Below are positions 39,301 through 51,200 of a DNA stretch of 64,000 nucleotides, one piece after another. Source of the DNA: Lingula anatina (lineage: Eukaryota; Animalia; Brachiopoda); assembly GCA_051362555.1 (NCBI GenBank), contig CM120641.1, positions 39,004,401-39,068,400 on the forward strand. Reading direction: 5' to 3'. Below the pieces are notes generated by a model that did not search any database, had not been told where the DNA came from, and saw only the letters and a list, made by a program, of their open reading frames with translations. A program made the translations under genes and the position numbers. The stretch's first letter is position 1; every line of letters begins with the position of its first letter.

Positions 39301-41949
39301 TAATTTGTTTGATGTTTTCTTTTTATGTACAGACACAGATGTGTCTGTACATATTGCCATCACCTGCGTCTGTCGTCGCCGTCGTCGCCGATGCTGATGC
39401 CGATGGCGATGGCGATGCCGTCGCCGTGCACTTTCACTGTAAACACGATAAGTGGAACACAGTTTTATTTTTTGGTTTTATATTTACAGAGCTGATGAAT
39501 ATTCATAAAACGCAGGTCAAGTTCGAAAATCAGCATGATCGAGCCATTATTGTAGAAGTTATGCTGTTTTATCATTTTTCAGCATATATGCAACCCTGTA
39601 AACACATTTTAAGGAAAACCGTTAGGCCTGTTGTCATGAAACTCACAGGAGTGGTCAATCTTAAGGAGTGGTCAATCTTAATCGCAGGTCGAGTTCGAAA
39701 ATCAGCATAATCGGGCCATTATTTTAGAAGTTAAGCTGTTTTTTCACATTTCCTCAGATTCAATTCTTAGGCATGTTAACAGTCTCATTATTAAACTAAT
39801 AAGATACATTAAAGTGTTTGTTTGACATTTCCTGCATCTTTACAACATTGTTAGTTGATTATGTAAAAATGATGGTAAACTTTTTATCGTGTATTGTGTA
39901 ATAAAGTGTCAAAAATGGAAATAAACTCATATCATTGCAGTTTGTCTGATTCAATCATCCACTATGTTCAGAATCTCAGAATGGAGGAAATTGGACATTT
40001 AACACTGTTCTATTGATATTTTTCCAATCTCATCAATTTTCTTAGTTGATCATATAAAAATGGCAGTAAACTGTTTATTTTGTTTTATGTTTAAAAAGTG
40101 TTAAAAATGGAAATAAACCCATTTCAGAACAGTGCTGTCTTGTTTTTCATTTATTTTTATGAAACTATTGTTTTTGGCAGTTTGGTATATGTACATTCCC
40201 AGCTTTGTTTTATCTTCACATTTCTCCTTGTTTCAAAATTGCTGAGAGAAAGCCATTGGGAGATGTCATTTAAATGTACAGTATTATCAGATGGTCAGCA
40301 TCCCATTCCAATCACAGGAAAATCCCTTTGAATAAACATAATAAATATCAAATCTGTTCCATGCTTTATAGGCAAAGTAGTCTTTTACAGTTTAACTTGT
40401 TGAGAAAAATCACACTTGTTAAAGAATGGGCATTAAATTAATATATGATCATGATGTTAATATTTAAAAGGGTGTAAACTTACCCCAATATATAAAGAAG
40501 ATTCAAAAAGATAAAAATACATACAGTGCCTTGAATTTTATATTTATTGTATAATTTTACACATCATTTGGTCTTATTGGAGCAAATAAGCATCAACATG
40601 TAACACTCACACTTTCCAGACCCTTGGTGATTCAAGGTTTGAGGTGATCAGAGAAAAAGTTCACAGCGTCATCCATGAGGACACCAGATTCCAGAAGGGC
40701 AGTCTCAACATGAGGACACAGAAGTGCTTTGCTGTCAAGGTAAGCCTTCAGAATTGGCCAGGGCATTGATGCACATTATTGTGATTCCTAGAATTAAATG
40801 TAGAGCTAGGAATTTGTTTTAAGTCTTAGGAATGGGCTTTGCAAGGCCTATCATTGTAATTATTTAATAGTAGTGCTAGGGAATTATTTGTGAGTTTTAA
40901 TCCACTCAAATTGGATTTTGATTGCAAGGAAGTGAGTTTGAATCATGGACTGTTTAATTCATTTTTAAAAAAGTGATCACAAAACTTTTTTTGCATGTAG
41001 TTTACCTGATTTCCTTTAAGTGTTGGTTTGGTGAAATGTAGTTTAATCCAGAAGTGTATTAGTTTTTGAAATCTTGTTTACTGCTTTAAAGTATATTTAT
41101 CATTACCTCAATGTCTGGAATTGCTAATTTAATATTTGTCATGTTGGAACCCATTTTGTACAGATAACTTAACAGCTGTCAATAAGTGTTGCTTTATGGA
41201 TTTCTTAATCAGATGGTAAACACTCCCAAACCAATATATCAGGATGTATGTTTTTTTTAATCTGAAAATGAAATTATCATGATTCTCATAATATTGATTT
41301 GAATCTTGTGCATGAAAGTGAATTTCAAAGTGATTTCTAACATATCTGATGATAGATTTGATTTGTAATATGATTCTATTTGTACGGTAAGCCTAATATA
41401 AATGGTGAGTACTCATATATTAAAAATAAATTATATTTATTTATTATGGAAACCTGTTTTGAATGTGTTGTTTTGAAAATGGATTCTATGTTATGGGGTT
41501 CTTGTTGAAATTGTTGCATTCTATTTTATTGTCATGTGATGCTTCTTCTGCAAAAGCAGATAATGTTCCATGATCTGCCAGTTGTAATTTCTGATTGTTT
41601 TGATATATTTTTAAAAACTAATAACATGATATTTAAAATGAAATTAAAATAATTATAACATTAATACTTAATTAATTCTTATAATTATAATTTTTGAATA
41701 ACATTTGAATTAACATGTTTCTTGTTATCAGTTATTCATACCTGCATGCACAAATTAAAAATGCCTTGTTATGATTATTTCTAAAATTTTTAATGTCTGA
41801 AAAATTTTTAATCTCTGAAATGTATGTGGTTATCAATATGTCATGTTATGATATTCATTATGATACTTATTGTATACATGTATATATACTACTCTTATAT
41901 TAGTGAGCCAGCAAATATCAAACCATGTACACATTAAGTGCTCAATAAA

Positions 41950-42009
<60 letters not shown>

Positions 42010-45000
42010 AACAATTATTTTCACCACAGGATTACTGGATGTGGCCAGAAGAACATACACAGAAATTGTTGATGACATATCAGGTATGGCTTTGACACAA
42101 ACACAAATGAGCATGCATGTGCGCCCTCCCCTCCCCCCTCCCCCCACATACACACACTGTATGTAAATAATATTATATATGTTAGCTATAAAAGGAAGAC
42201 TTCCATGCCTTTTCTTCTGATTGCCCAATGTCATGAGTGGAACTTAAAAATAGTGCAAATACCGGTAGTTGCTTACCTGTACACATTTCTAGCTATCAGT
42301 TGGTGTTATTCATGTTTTTGTGGTTACCACATGTCAGTTTTGTTCATATTTTAGAAATATTTTTAGTCTGAAGACACTCTGTATATTAGATACAATTAAC
42401 TTTAGAGACATTTCATTTTTTAGAACTTATAAAACAACTGAGCACAGAGCATATGCTGCCATTGAAGACTGGGTACAGTGTCACTCGAGGCTTTTACATA
42501 CACATGACCTGTGGGGGGAAAGATGGTGGTCCATCTGCTGCAGAACTGCCTGGAATCTTCATTAAAGTGAACAAGTTTAAGAATACCATTAGTTTTACCA
42601 CCACAGATTTGGTAAGATGTACTGTGTGGAACGGGCTTGTCTATATGTAAAATTATATGCATACGTATAATATATACTTTTAAGTGTTTTGGCTTAGGAT
42701 TTTTTATGAAAGATTTGGAAAGTTTTGTAAAATGTCAAGTCAAAATGTACCAACAGAAAAAAACTTTTTTTAGTCTTATTGGACATTTATAACTAAGACT
42801 TACTTTGTTCTTACACATGGTGGTGTTAATCTGAAAGTTATGTATACAGTACATGTGTTATCAGCAAAATTAAACACAAGATTTGTAAGCACATGATGCT
42901 AATCACTGCTTTTTTTTCTTGCAGATAAAGATGAATGGTAATTCAAGGCTGTAATTTGAAAGATCAGGAAAAAATATGTCAGCTTAACTTGATAGTTTTC
43001 AAAACTTAACATGGCATGTTTTTTTAGGTGGTTCCTGCATGGTCATCACCTGTTTTGATTAGTACTGGAATTTTTTCATATTAATAAAGTAAACAATGAT
43101 GAAAAGAATTCTTTTTATAATCTTATATTTTGATAAAGAAATAAATAAGCGTGAAGTATTTTTGTGTCATTTTGTCCAGAAGCTATCACATTTCAATCAA
43201 AAAACATGTCATTAAAGTGCTGTCCTTGGAGTTTTTCTTGCCTGGAATCATCTTATTTTGTATTAAAATGGCCTGTTCCTATGAATGAATGGCATATTCA
43301 TTCTTTGAATAATGGAATTACTACCCAACTCTGATTAAAGTGCAAACTAAGATCTAATAAACGGATATTAGATCTTAGGTGCAAAGAATGCAAATTTAGT
43401 AATTGATTTTAGGCAAAAAAATGGGGGTTGCTAAGAGAATGTTATAATATTATTTAAGTTAAAATCCTTTGAATGGCACATTCTTTGAACAAGACACTAT
43501 TACATATGTAACTATTTTACAGATCGAATAAGGGAATCCCTACAGGAAATCTGCCTGATATCTAATGTGTGAGTGCATTTATGTCATAGTTGTTTGGTCA
43601 GATGTTTATGGACCTTTCTTTATATAAAAGACACTTTTTTCTCAAAAAAAAAAATAATAATAATAAAAAATAAAATAAAATAATAATAATAAAATAAAAT
43701 AAAATAATAATAATAAAATAAAATAAAATAATAATAATAATAATCTTTTATCTTTGTTATTGTTTACCTTCATTTTATTAATTTATTTAATTTATTTTAC
43801 CTTTTTGGTTATTATTTCAGTTATTGTAAAACAAAGTATTTACAGTTTGCACAAGTAGATTTCCCAAGGAACACATGTAGTGTAATCTGCATCTTCTGTC
43901 TTTTAGGTAAAGACTTGTTAGAAATATAGAAAATGTGATTATGTTGTTTAATTTTGAGCACTGTATTTCAGTGTTGTGAGTGAACTGCTGACTGACATTC
44001 GGAGTCAGATTGGATGTCTGTACAAGTTGACGGAGTGTGTGGCTTCTGTAGACCTGCTTGTCTCTCTGGCTCATGCATGCTCTCTGTCTGAGTATGGTAA
44101 GATCATTCTATTTTTTGACCTCATTTCATTTGAACATGCACCTAATAATGTAATCTGACATTGACAAACTTCTCTGGCCTTTTGCAATGCAAATGTGCTT
44201 CTGTATTTGTGTAAATGTAAGTTTGATACTTTTGGTAGTGAAATCAAAACATGTTTACAGTCAAACGTAAATTGTTTCATACACATTACTGAAATAACTG
44301 CTAAAGAAGAAGAATTATCTGTGCAGTACGCCCAGAATTTACAGATACACTGGCAGTGAAGCAAGGAAGACATCCCATCTTGGATAAAATATCTGTGGAG
44401 ACACCTGTACCTAACAACGTGGTATGTATGCACTGGTGGATAATTTTTTTTCTTTGAGGTTGATAGTTAAAAAGACATCTCAGAAACACAGCAAGTGAAG
44501 TCTGACCATGAGTAGTGAACATGGGGGACTTAGTAAAGTCTTAAACTTAGTTGTCAAGTGATATTTTTATGGGTCCTGGGACAACCTCAGTTTTATGAGC
44601 AGTTGAGTTGTTTTTTATTTTCAGTATGCGTCAGATGAAAGCAACTTTCTCATCATAACAGGGCCAAATATGGTGAGGAAAGAACAAATTTTCAAATATT
44701 TTAAACAAATAGTGGATAAAACATGGGGAAGATAATTTTTATATTTACCATGTTTTTACCCTCATTACATAAAGTTAAAATTAAATAAAGTAACTTAGAA
44801 ACTGGAATATTTTTGACTGTCAGAAAACTCAAAACAAAGGGCAGATCTTAACTTGTTTGACACAATATTGATACTTTTCTGTAACTTAATATTTATTTTC
44901 TAATCAGAGTGGAAAGTCTACATACCTTCGCCAGATTGCCTTGCTCCAAATTATGGCTCAGATTGGGTCTTGGGTTCCTGCAGATTTTGCTTCGTTCCGA

Positions 45001-47095
45001 GTCTGTGACCAGATCTTCTCTAGAATTGGTAGTGATGATGACATTGAGACCAACTCATCAACCTTTATGCTAGAGGTAGTGACAAGTGAACATGCTTTAG
45101 GGTATATTTTATAGTGCTGAGATGTCCTTGTATTATAAACACATAAAAGTTCATAAAATTCAGTCATGATGGATGTGACACAAATGTTTGTTCTATTATT
45201 TGAGCCAAACAGAATTATAATTTGGTGTTTTTATCATTTACAGATGAGAGAGATTAATTATATTATCCAGAATGCATCTGCAACATCTCTAATCATCATT
45301 GATGAACTGGGGAGAGGTAAGGCTCAGCATGCTTTGTGGGTGTCTCTGAAAGTTATTTTTACAGTTATTACGATAAGAAATGATGAGCTACACTAAAACC
45401 TGTCAATCATTTTTATGTACAGACACTATTTGTCTGAGACATGAGCTTTGTCCACCTAACTGTAAAATTTTATTATTGTAAAAAAAAAAAAAAAAAAAAA
45501 TTCCAGTGTGAACGTTGGTTTTGATTTTAGCAGAGATGTTATTTCAGAAACTAGGTGTACTTTTGTTCGTTGAATCAATTAAATGTTTTAGTATGATTGA
45601 TCGTTAAAAAATATTGCTACAGTTTGTTTTGTTGCAGGCACCAGTGCTGATGAAGGAATTGGAATATCCCAGGCTGTCTGTGAACATCTTCTTTCTCTCA
45701 AAGTAAGCTGCAGCAGGCAATATATTTTGACAGTAGACATTTCAATGCCTAGTTGATAAGGCCTGAGATGAGGTCTCTGGAGTACTGTTTCAGCTGCTGA
45801 TGATTTTCATACTTTATTTCAAGAATGTAAAATTACAGTTGTTTTAAGTAATTAATTTTTTTATCACATCGAGCAGCATGCTTATCATGTCTTTACATGT
45901 ATTTATTCTATACTGGGTTTTTTTACTCTCATTTTCAAGTTGTCCTTCTGCAGTTTTTCATTAATTGGCTGTGTCAAGCACAAAGGATTGGTTAAGTTGG
46001 CTCTCTTATGTACTAACCAGGGTATCAAGTTGTGAATCCAGTCTGTGCCATAAACTTTTCAGATTACTGGACATTCAGACCAGAACTTTCTTAAAATCGA
46101 CTGGTTCAAATCGGGATTCACTGGCCCTTATAAAAATTTCAAATTGTTATTTGCAGGCTTTTACATTCTTTGCCACACATTTCTGTGAGTTGACCAACTT
46201 GGGAAACCTTTATCCAAATGTGGAGAAGTAAGTCCTAGTCTTACAATGAAGAAATTTATGGTTTTCAAAACATGTAATGAAGTATTGATCACTTTTTGTT
46301 ATAAATTTGCAAATGTAATAATATAAGAAGTTATAATTGTTAAATATGCTTTTAGTTATCACTTTGAAGTCCAAAGACTTTATGCACCAGAAACCCGTCA
46401 TGAGAAATTGCAGTACACCCATGTTTTGTCTAAAGGCATTTCCAAGGAAAAACATTATGGTAGGTTTACGAAAAAAAAAATATATATATATGTGTAACAC
46501 AAATAAAGATAAATTGCAAGTTTAAATTGCATTTTGAAAAAGATGAATAGTTTTCCTTGATTGAGGTAAAATTGACAGCATTTAAAACTACTCTTAATTT
46601 TGTTATATCCAAGGTATTGAACTTGCCCAGGTATCAACTCTACCTTCCTCTATTGTGGAAGATGCAAAACTTGTGGCTAAGGCCATCGCAGAACAGAAAG
46701 AGGTACACATATGTGTCCATGCATTTTGAATAAACCCATTTTTCATAATGAAGTTGACATTTTAAGTTCAGATGACATTTTTTTTATTCTTTGTTGGTTG
46801 TGTGATAATATGAAAAATGGGGAGGGGGGCTACCACCTAATTATGCCTTTTCCCTTTCCGTGCAATATATAAGATGATATCAGATCAGTTTAATTGTTTA
46901 AAAATAATTTTTTTTCAGCAAACACAGGGAGCTTCCCTGGAGGCCAGAAAACATAGGGCAGTGTATAAGCTAGCATCCAGACTGAGTCAGGCTGCACACA
47001 ACTCCAGGCTGGATGAACACACACTGAGAATGTATTTACAGAATCTGAAGAAACAATACCAGGAGGAGCTCCAGGAAGATGCCTCAGATCCTTAA
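33304..47095 (+). CDS. MSH4: Meiotic MutS homolog 4; first coding exon unresolved (upstream, probably ~31.9-32.2 kb)
   Basis: Phase-consistent exons 33304-33466, 34100-34287, 34678-34826, 35196-35319, 35505-35571, 36568-36689, 36878-37021, 38433-38704, 40620-40739, 41392-41404, 42030-42083, 42424-42611, 42925-42937, 43523-43568, 43972-44096, 44327-44421, 44625-44672, 44908-45075, 45244-45316, 45638-45702, 46157-46227, 46356-46459, 46614-46702, 46919-47095 (2678 nt). MSH4-type [55 protein letters not shown]; Walker A TGPNMSGKSTY, SSTFM, Walker [16 protein letters not shown]. The first two (Ser/Thr-rich) exons are less certain. Confidence 0.95.
34404..34520. repeat. (AAT/GAT)n low-complexity trinucleotide tract
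   Basis: Read directly; MSH4 intron. Confidence 0.8.
37599..38329. mobile_element. PIF/Harbinger-type MITE, 731 bp, ~190-bp TIRs, TAA TSD, in an MSH4 intron
   Basis: GACCGCATTCAC...GTGAATGCGGTC termini; arms 37599-37789 and 38141-38329 are inverse copies with scattered mismatches; TAA at 37596-37598 and 38330-38332. Confidence 0.88.
38760..39292 (+). mobile_element. Degenerate HINE/Helentron-like non-autonomous element
   Basis: 5' TTT-TATACACAGACAC...GTGTCTGT with a short GTCGCC tract; 3' GTGTCTGTATATATTTGCC...CTTGTTT. The termini resemble those of the adjacent element at 39322. Confidence 0.45.
39322..40145 (+). mobile_element. HINE/Helentron-like non-autonomous element with internal ~170-bp tandem unit
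   Basis: Begins in a T-run with the hairpin TGTACAGACAC-AGAT-GTGTCTGTACA, then a (GTC/GCC/GAT) microsatellite and two copies of CAGGTCRAGTTCGAAAATCAGCAT..AGAAGTTA.GCTGTTTT 172 bp apart (39513, 39685). This layout is known for DINE-1/HINE elements. A lone similar 5' end lies at 45411-45442. Confidence 0.65.
41951..42006. repeat. (ATT)n microsatellite
   Basis: Read directly; about 25 nt upstream of the MSH4 acceptor at 42029. Confidence 0.95.
43645..43743. repeat. A-rich (AAT)n/(AAAAT)n repeat with ~24-bp period
   Basis: TAATAATAATAAAATAAAATAAAA unit repeated about 3-4 times. Confidence 0.85.
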
Positions 47096-47919
47096 AAAGT
47101 GATGATATCTGTGCTTGAAAGATTTTTAGAGAAAAAACTTGTCAAATGATTGAACTTGATAAAGGAATATTTAACGTGGTATGAAATTGTATGAATACAA
47201 GGATTGGTGAAAAAAGTTGCAGACAGATGAAAAAGTTGTAAAACCAAAAAGCACAGATCTGAACAGATGTTTTTATTCCTATATTTCTTTCTTTCTGATT
47301 TAGGGAAAGATATGAGTCATCATTGTTATATTTAAACATTTTTGACAAAACCAGAATTTTGCACATTTTGTAGAACTGATGTAAAAGGCTGTAGTGTCTT
47401 TTTGTGAAATTTTGGTGAGAGTAAAAATGGTTACTTAATATTGAGTAATACTAAGCTACAGAAAGTTCCAAAATTACTGCTGTCTTCTTAATTTCCACAA
47501 GTTTTGTGTCATACAAAAAGAGTCAAATACTATAGACTAAGTGTTACATTTATTGAAAAAATCTATAACTCTGAAAAATGTGTGTCAACTCTTGTGATAA
47601 TTGAAGAACCTGGTAGAGTATTTAAGAATGAAACTGATCAGATGCTTTTTTTGCTGACAACTAAATGAAAATACTGCCAATTAAAGTGAAATAAAAAAGC
47701 TTGATTAATAGGGTCCAAAATTTAGGAAAAATATTGTCCAGATGTACAGATTGAGGAATTTTTGTTGCAAAACAAAAAATAAAGAAAAACTTATCTACAT
47801 AAAAATTAAAGAGATTAATATTAATTATTAATATTTATTGTTTTTGTCACTGGTAGCCAAATGTCTACTCACAGGTACTCTGTTATCACAAATGTTTTCA
47901 CTGCTGCCTAACATGTAGG

Positions 47920-48000
47920 TTAATTGCACTCTGGCAATCAGTTACCTGTTTACATAACCTATCACCCCAGACACCATTGTATAGCAACAAAATGGCCGAG
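47920..48000 (+). promoter_or_regulatory. Putative promoter of the uncharacterised gene with an RFX X-box-like site
   Basis: CATTGTATAGCAAC (47975-47988, RFX half-site TAGCAAC) directly followed by AAAATGGC (YY1/initiator-like), with a consensus donor AG|gtgagt at 48097/48098. Confidence 0.4.
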
Positions 48001-48241
48001 TGAGGTGGAAGGCAGGGGTTGGATCTGCAGCAATTTCAGTTTAGCTCACACTGGTTCTGATGTTTCCATCATTTAGTTTCAATTATGTTAAAGTTAGGTG
48101 AGTATTTGTTGTGCCTTTTTGCCAAAATTTTAATATTTCTTTTGTTTAGTTTTTTTCCTTAACAACTCCAGAAAAACGTGAACCATTGAACTGGATGTAA
48201 CTGGACAAATCAGCACAATACCTTGGTGAATTTGCCTCTTA

Positions 48242-51200
48242 ATGCTGGGAGGTAATGATATTCAAAGTCCACCTAGCTTCATTGAAGTAGCAGCTGGAGT
48301 GCTGTCTCTTTTCACATGAGCAATATTGTATTTTTGACAGGTTGTGTGTTTAGGCTTTATTTTAAATGTGAAGTAAATTTTCTGCAGAAACTTCAGAATA
48401 GATGTGTTTTCACATGCATGCTGTGGCTTTTGATTAAAGACGCAGACAAGAAAAATGTATAAGACAAATGAATAGGAAAATTAACTTCTTAATTTTGTGA
48501 ATGCTATAAATTGATGTAAAATTGATACATATTCTGTGGAACAACATGCAAAACATTTGCATGAACAAATAATTCCAAAAAAGGCAAATAGTGATCAGTT
48601 TTCTTTTTGTATTATTTAGGTTCACAAAATTACTTCTGCTGAGAAATTGTATTTTTATTTCTTAGAGTTGATACCGAATAGATTTAAAGGTCTAGAAGCG
48701 ATCTTTTCTCCACCTAGGTAACCATGCAGTAAGCTGTATGGTAACACATGCCAGTCAATGGATCATTAATGTACAGTGTATCAAGGGTCCCCAGATTGCC
48801 CTCTTCTTCTGGCTGCCACATTAAGTTCCTGATTGTGGTTTGGTGTGATGTGAACTGTTTTTATTTGTAAGCTGACCCCATATTAGCTTACTTATTAATG
48901 ACTGTGAGAAGGAAAACTTTACTGGTTGTACACATTTTGAAAGGCGAAATCTGATTATGTTCATTTAAGTTCAGTGAGCCGTGCTGAGTTGTGGAGTGTG
49001 ATTCAACGTTAGCTATTGAAACTGCCATGTAAATTGTGAAAACCTGTTCCTAGGTCAACCTCTGTAACTAAGGCAGTTTGCGCCAAAGTGAAACAACGTA
49101 AACACACCACAGAAAGAGTTCAAATACATTTGCTTGAATTGGGCATTGATGTTTCATTGTGCGATTTGAAAAGGGGGTGTTGAATTACTGCTGCAGTTCA
49201 CAAGGTGGTTTTAAGAGCACAGTTATTGTAATACTCTATCTGCCATTGTTGTGTGCTCCACAACAAATGGGGTGCAGTATTAACATGTGAATGCATCTTT
49301 CATCACATTTCTGTGTTCTGCAAGGTCTTGGTTTTCCTTAGGAACTGGGGACAAGAGCACAGTTTAGGACAACGATGTCCCTCAATATGTGAAATGAATC
49401 AGTTTCGGGGAAAACTGAGGTTTGTTTTTGATAAAAAGTGGCTATAGTGTGGCTTTTGGTGCTGTACGTGTTGGCTCATGTTGTTTTAGCATGGCATGAT
49501 TATAGGGAGTATAGCAGTTAATTTTAAGGCTTTAGCTTTCATGAAGTCGTAATACATTTTAGCAGGTTTTCTACAGAAGTGGGTCACCTCTTGAGGAACA
49601 CTGTCAACATGTTTTTAGCCTAGAAATCCAGGAATTTTATTTAGCATTTCATGTATATATATATACTATTTATAGGCATTTTGATTTATGTCTAACTTAA
49701 AGTATCTTATTTAATATAGGCCCCGCCCGATAGGACTACCAGACATAGGCCACCACCAGGTGGATACATCTGGGACAACAGGGGCAGTCAGGGAGGAGCC
49801 TGTACCATATCGCCTCCCTAGGACTCAGCCGTCCAGTGTGCCACAGGAGGGACAGGGGGCTGCAGCCGGGGATCAAGATGGCTCAGAAAATTTACTAAAA
49901 TTGTGGAGTGACTGTGATGTGGACTATAACAGGTAGCTAGTAGAGAGATGTGGAACCTAACGTGTATAAAGGCTCATTCCCAAGGAAACAATTGTCCTAT
50001 GTAGATCGATCCAGTTCTGCTGGAAATCTCGTTGAATGCAACAAGATTAATAGAATAACATGCCTCCTCTTGGCTTCAAGTGGAATACAGAAAAGATTAT
50101 ATGAGTACATTGGAAATAAGAGAAGTAATGTTAATCTATCCATCTGATTGCATTAAGCGATAGTCCCAGCTGATTTAGATCAATATATTTTGAACAATAG
50201 TTTGATTAGGAATGGGCCCTAAGCAACTTGGTTAAGGCATAGTTATGACCTGCTTGTACGTGTATAAAATTCAAGGGCATACATTTACAGGTATTATATC
50301 ATATATTTGCCAAAATTACATTTACAGGTTTTATCATACATTTGACAAAATTGTGTTTTCAAGTTTTGTCATATATTTGACAAAATCATGCATGTTCATG
50401 CAATTGTTTAGGTCCTACTTTGCCCATCGTTGTGACATATTTTTGAAGTGTATTATAAATATTTTGCAGTTTCCTCACTTTTAACATGATAAATTCAGAT
50501 TTTATTTTTTGGTCACATACAAATATTAGCATTTACTAGCCGCCCCCCCCCCTCAAAAAAAGGGGGGGGTATTGAATATTCCAGAATAGGTATTCCAGCA
50601 TTAATTTTGATGCAATATTGATTGAATACTTTTATCCCATGTTTTTTCAATTTCTATTTTAGCTTAAGGAACTTTATTCTCCAGTCTTCAAAAGTTTACT
50701 CCAAGAAGATGCCAAAGACCTCCTATGATTCTAGACATGTTTACAGCCATCCTGCATACTCTAAGTACACACTGGGAAATCAGGATCGCTTTGTCCATTT
50801 AGCAAAGTATGATGAACCACAGATGGTGATAAATAGGTAAGAGAATAATTTATTTTTATTTTGCACAATTATCTTTTAATTTTCCTAAATGTCTTTATGT
50901 GAAGATCTGAAGAAGTTAAAGTGTATAAAACAATGGCTAGGTTTTCATTCCAGACCTTTGAGGGTTTTATCTTTCAATGCATAAACATACTCAGTATTTT
51001 TTTAGGGTTGCCAAAAGGTGTATTTTTCTCATAATCTTCTTTCTTAATGAAATAGTTCTCTTTTAACAGTGTACAGCAGCTTCAGCTACAAAGATCAAAA
51101 ACAGAAGATTTTGGCTTCCCACAAATAGACCCCTCCCCTTCTCCAGCATTACGGAGTCTCACAGCTTCACCCACGAAGTCCATTAAGTGGACACTAGGGG

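Noticed and set aside
39089-39710. 102- and 166-aa ORFs
   Set aside because: They derive from the HINE-like repeat and its microsatellite within an MSH4 intron.
41833-42234. 133-aa ORF with poly-Ile
   Set aside because: Translation of the (ATT)n microsatellite on the antisense strand.
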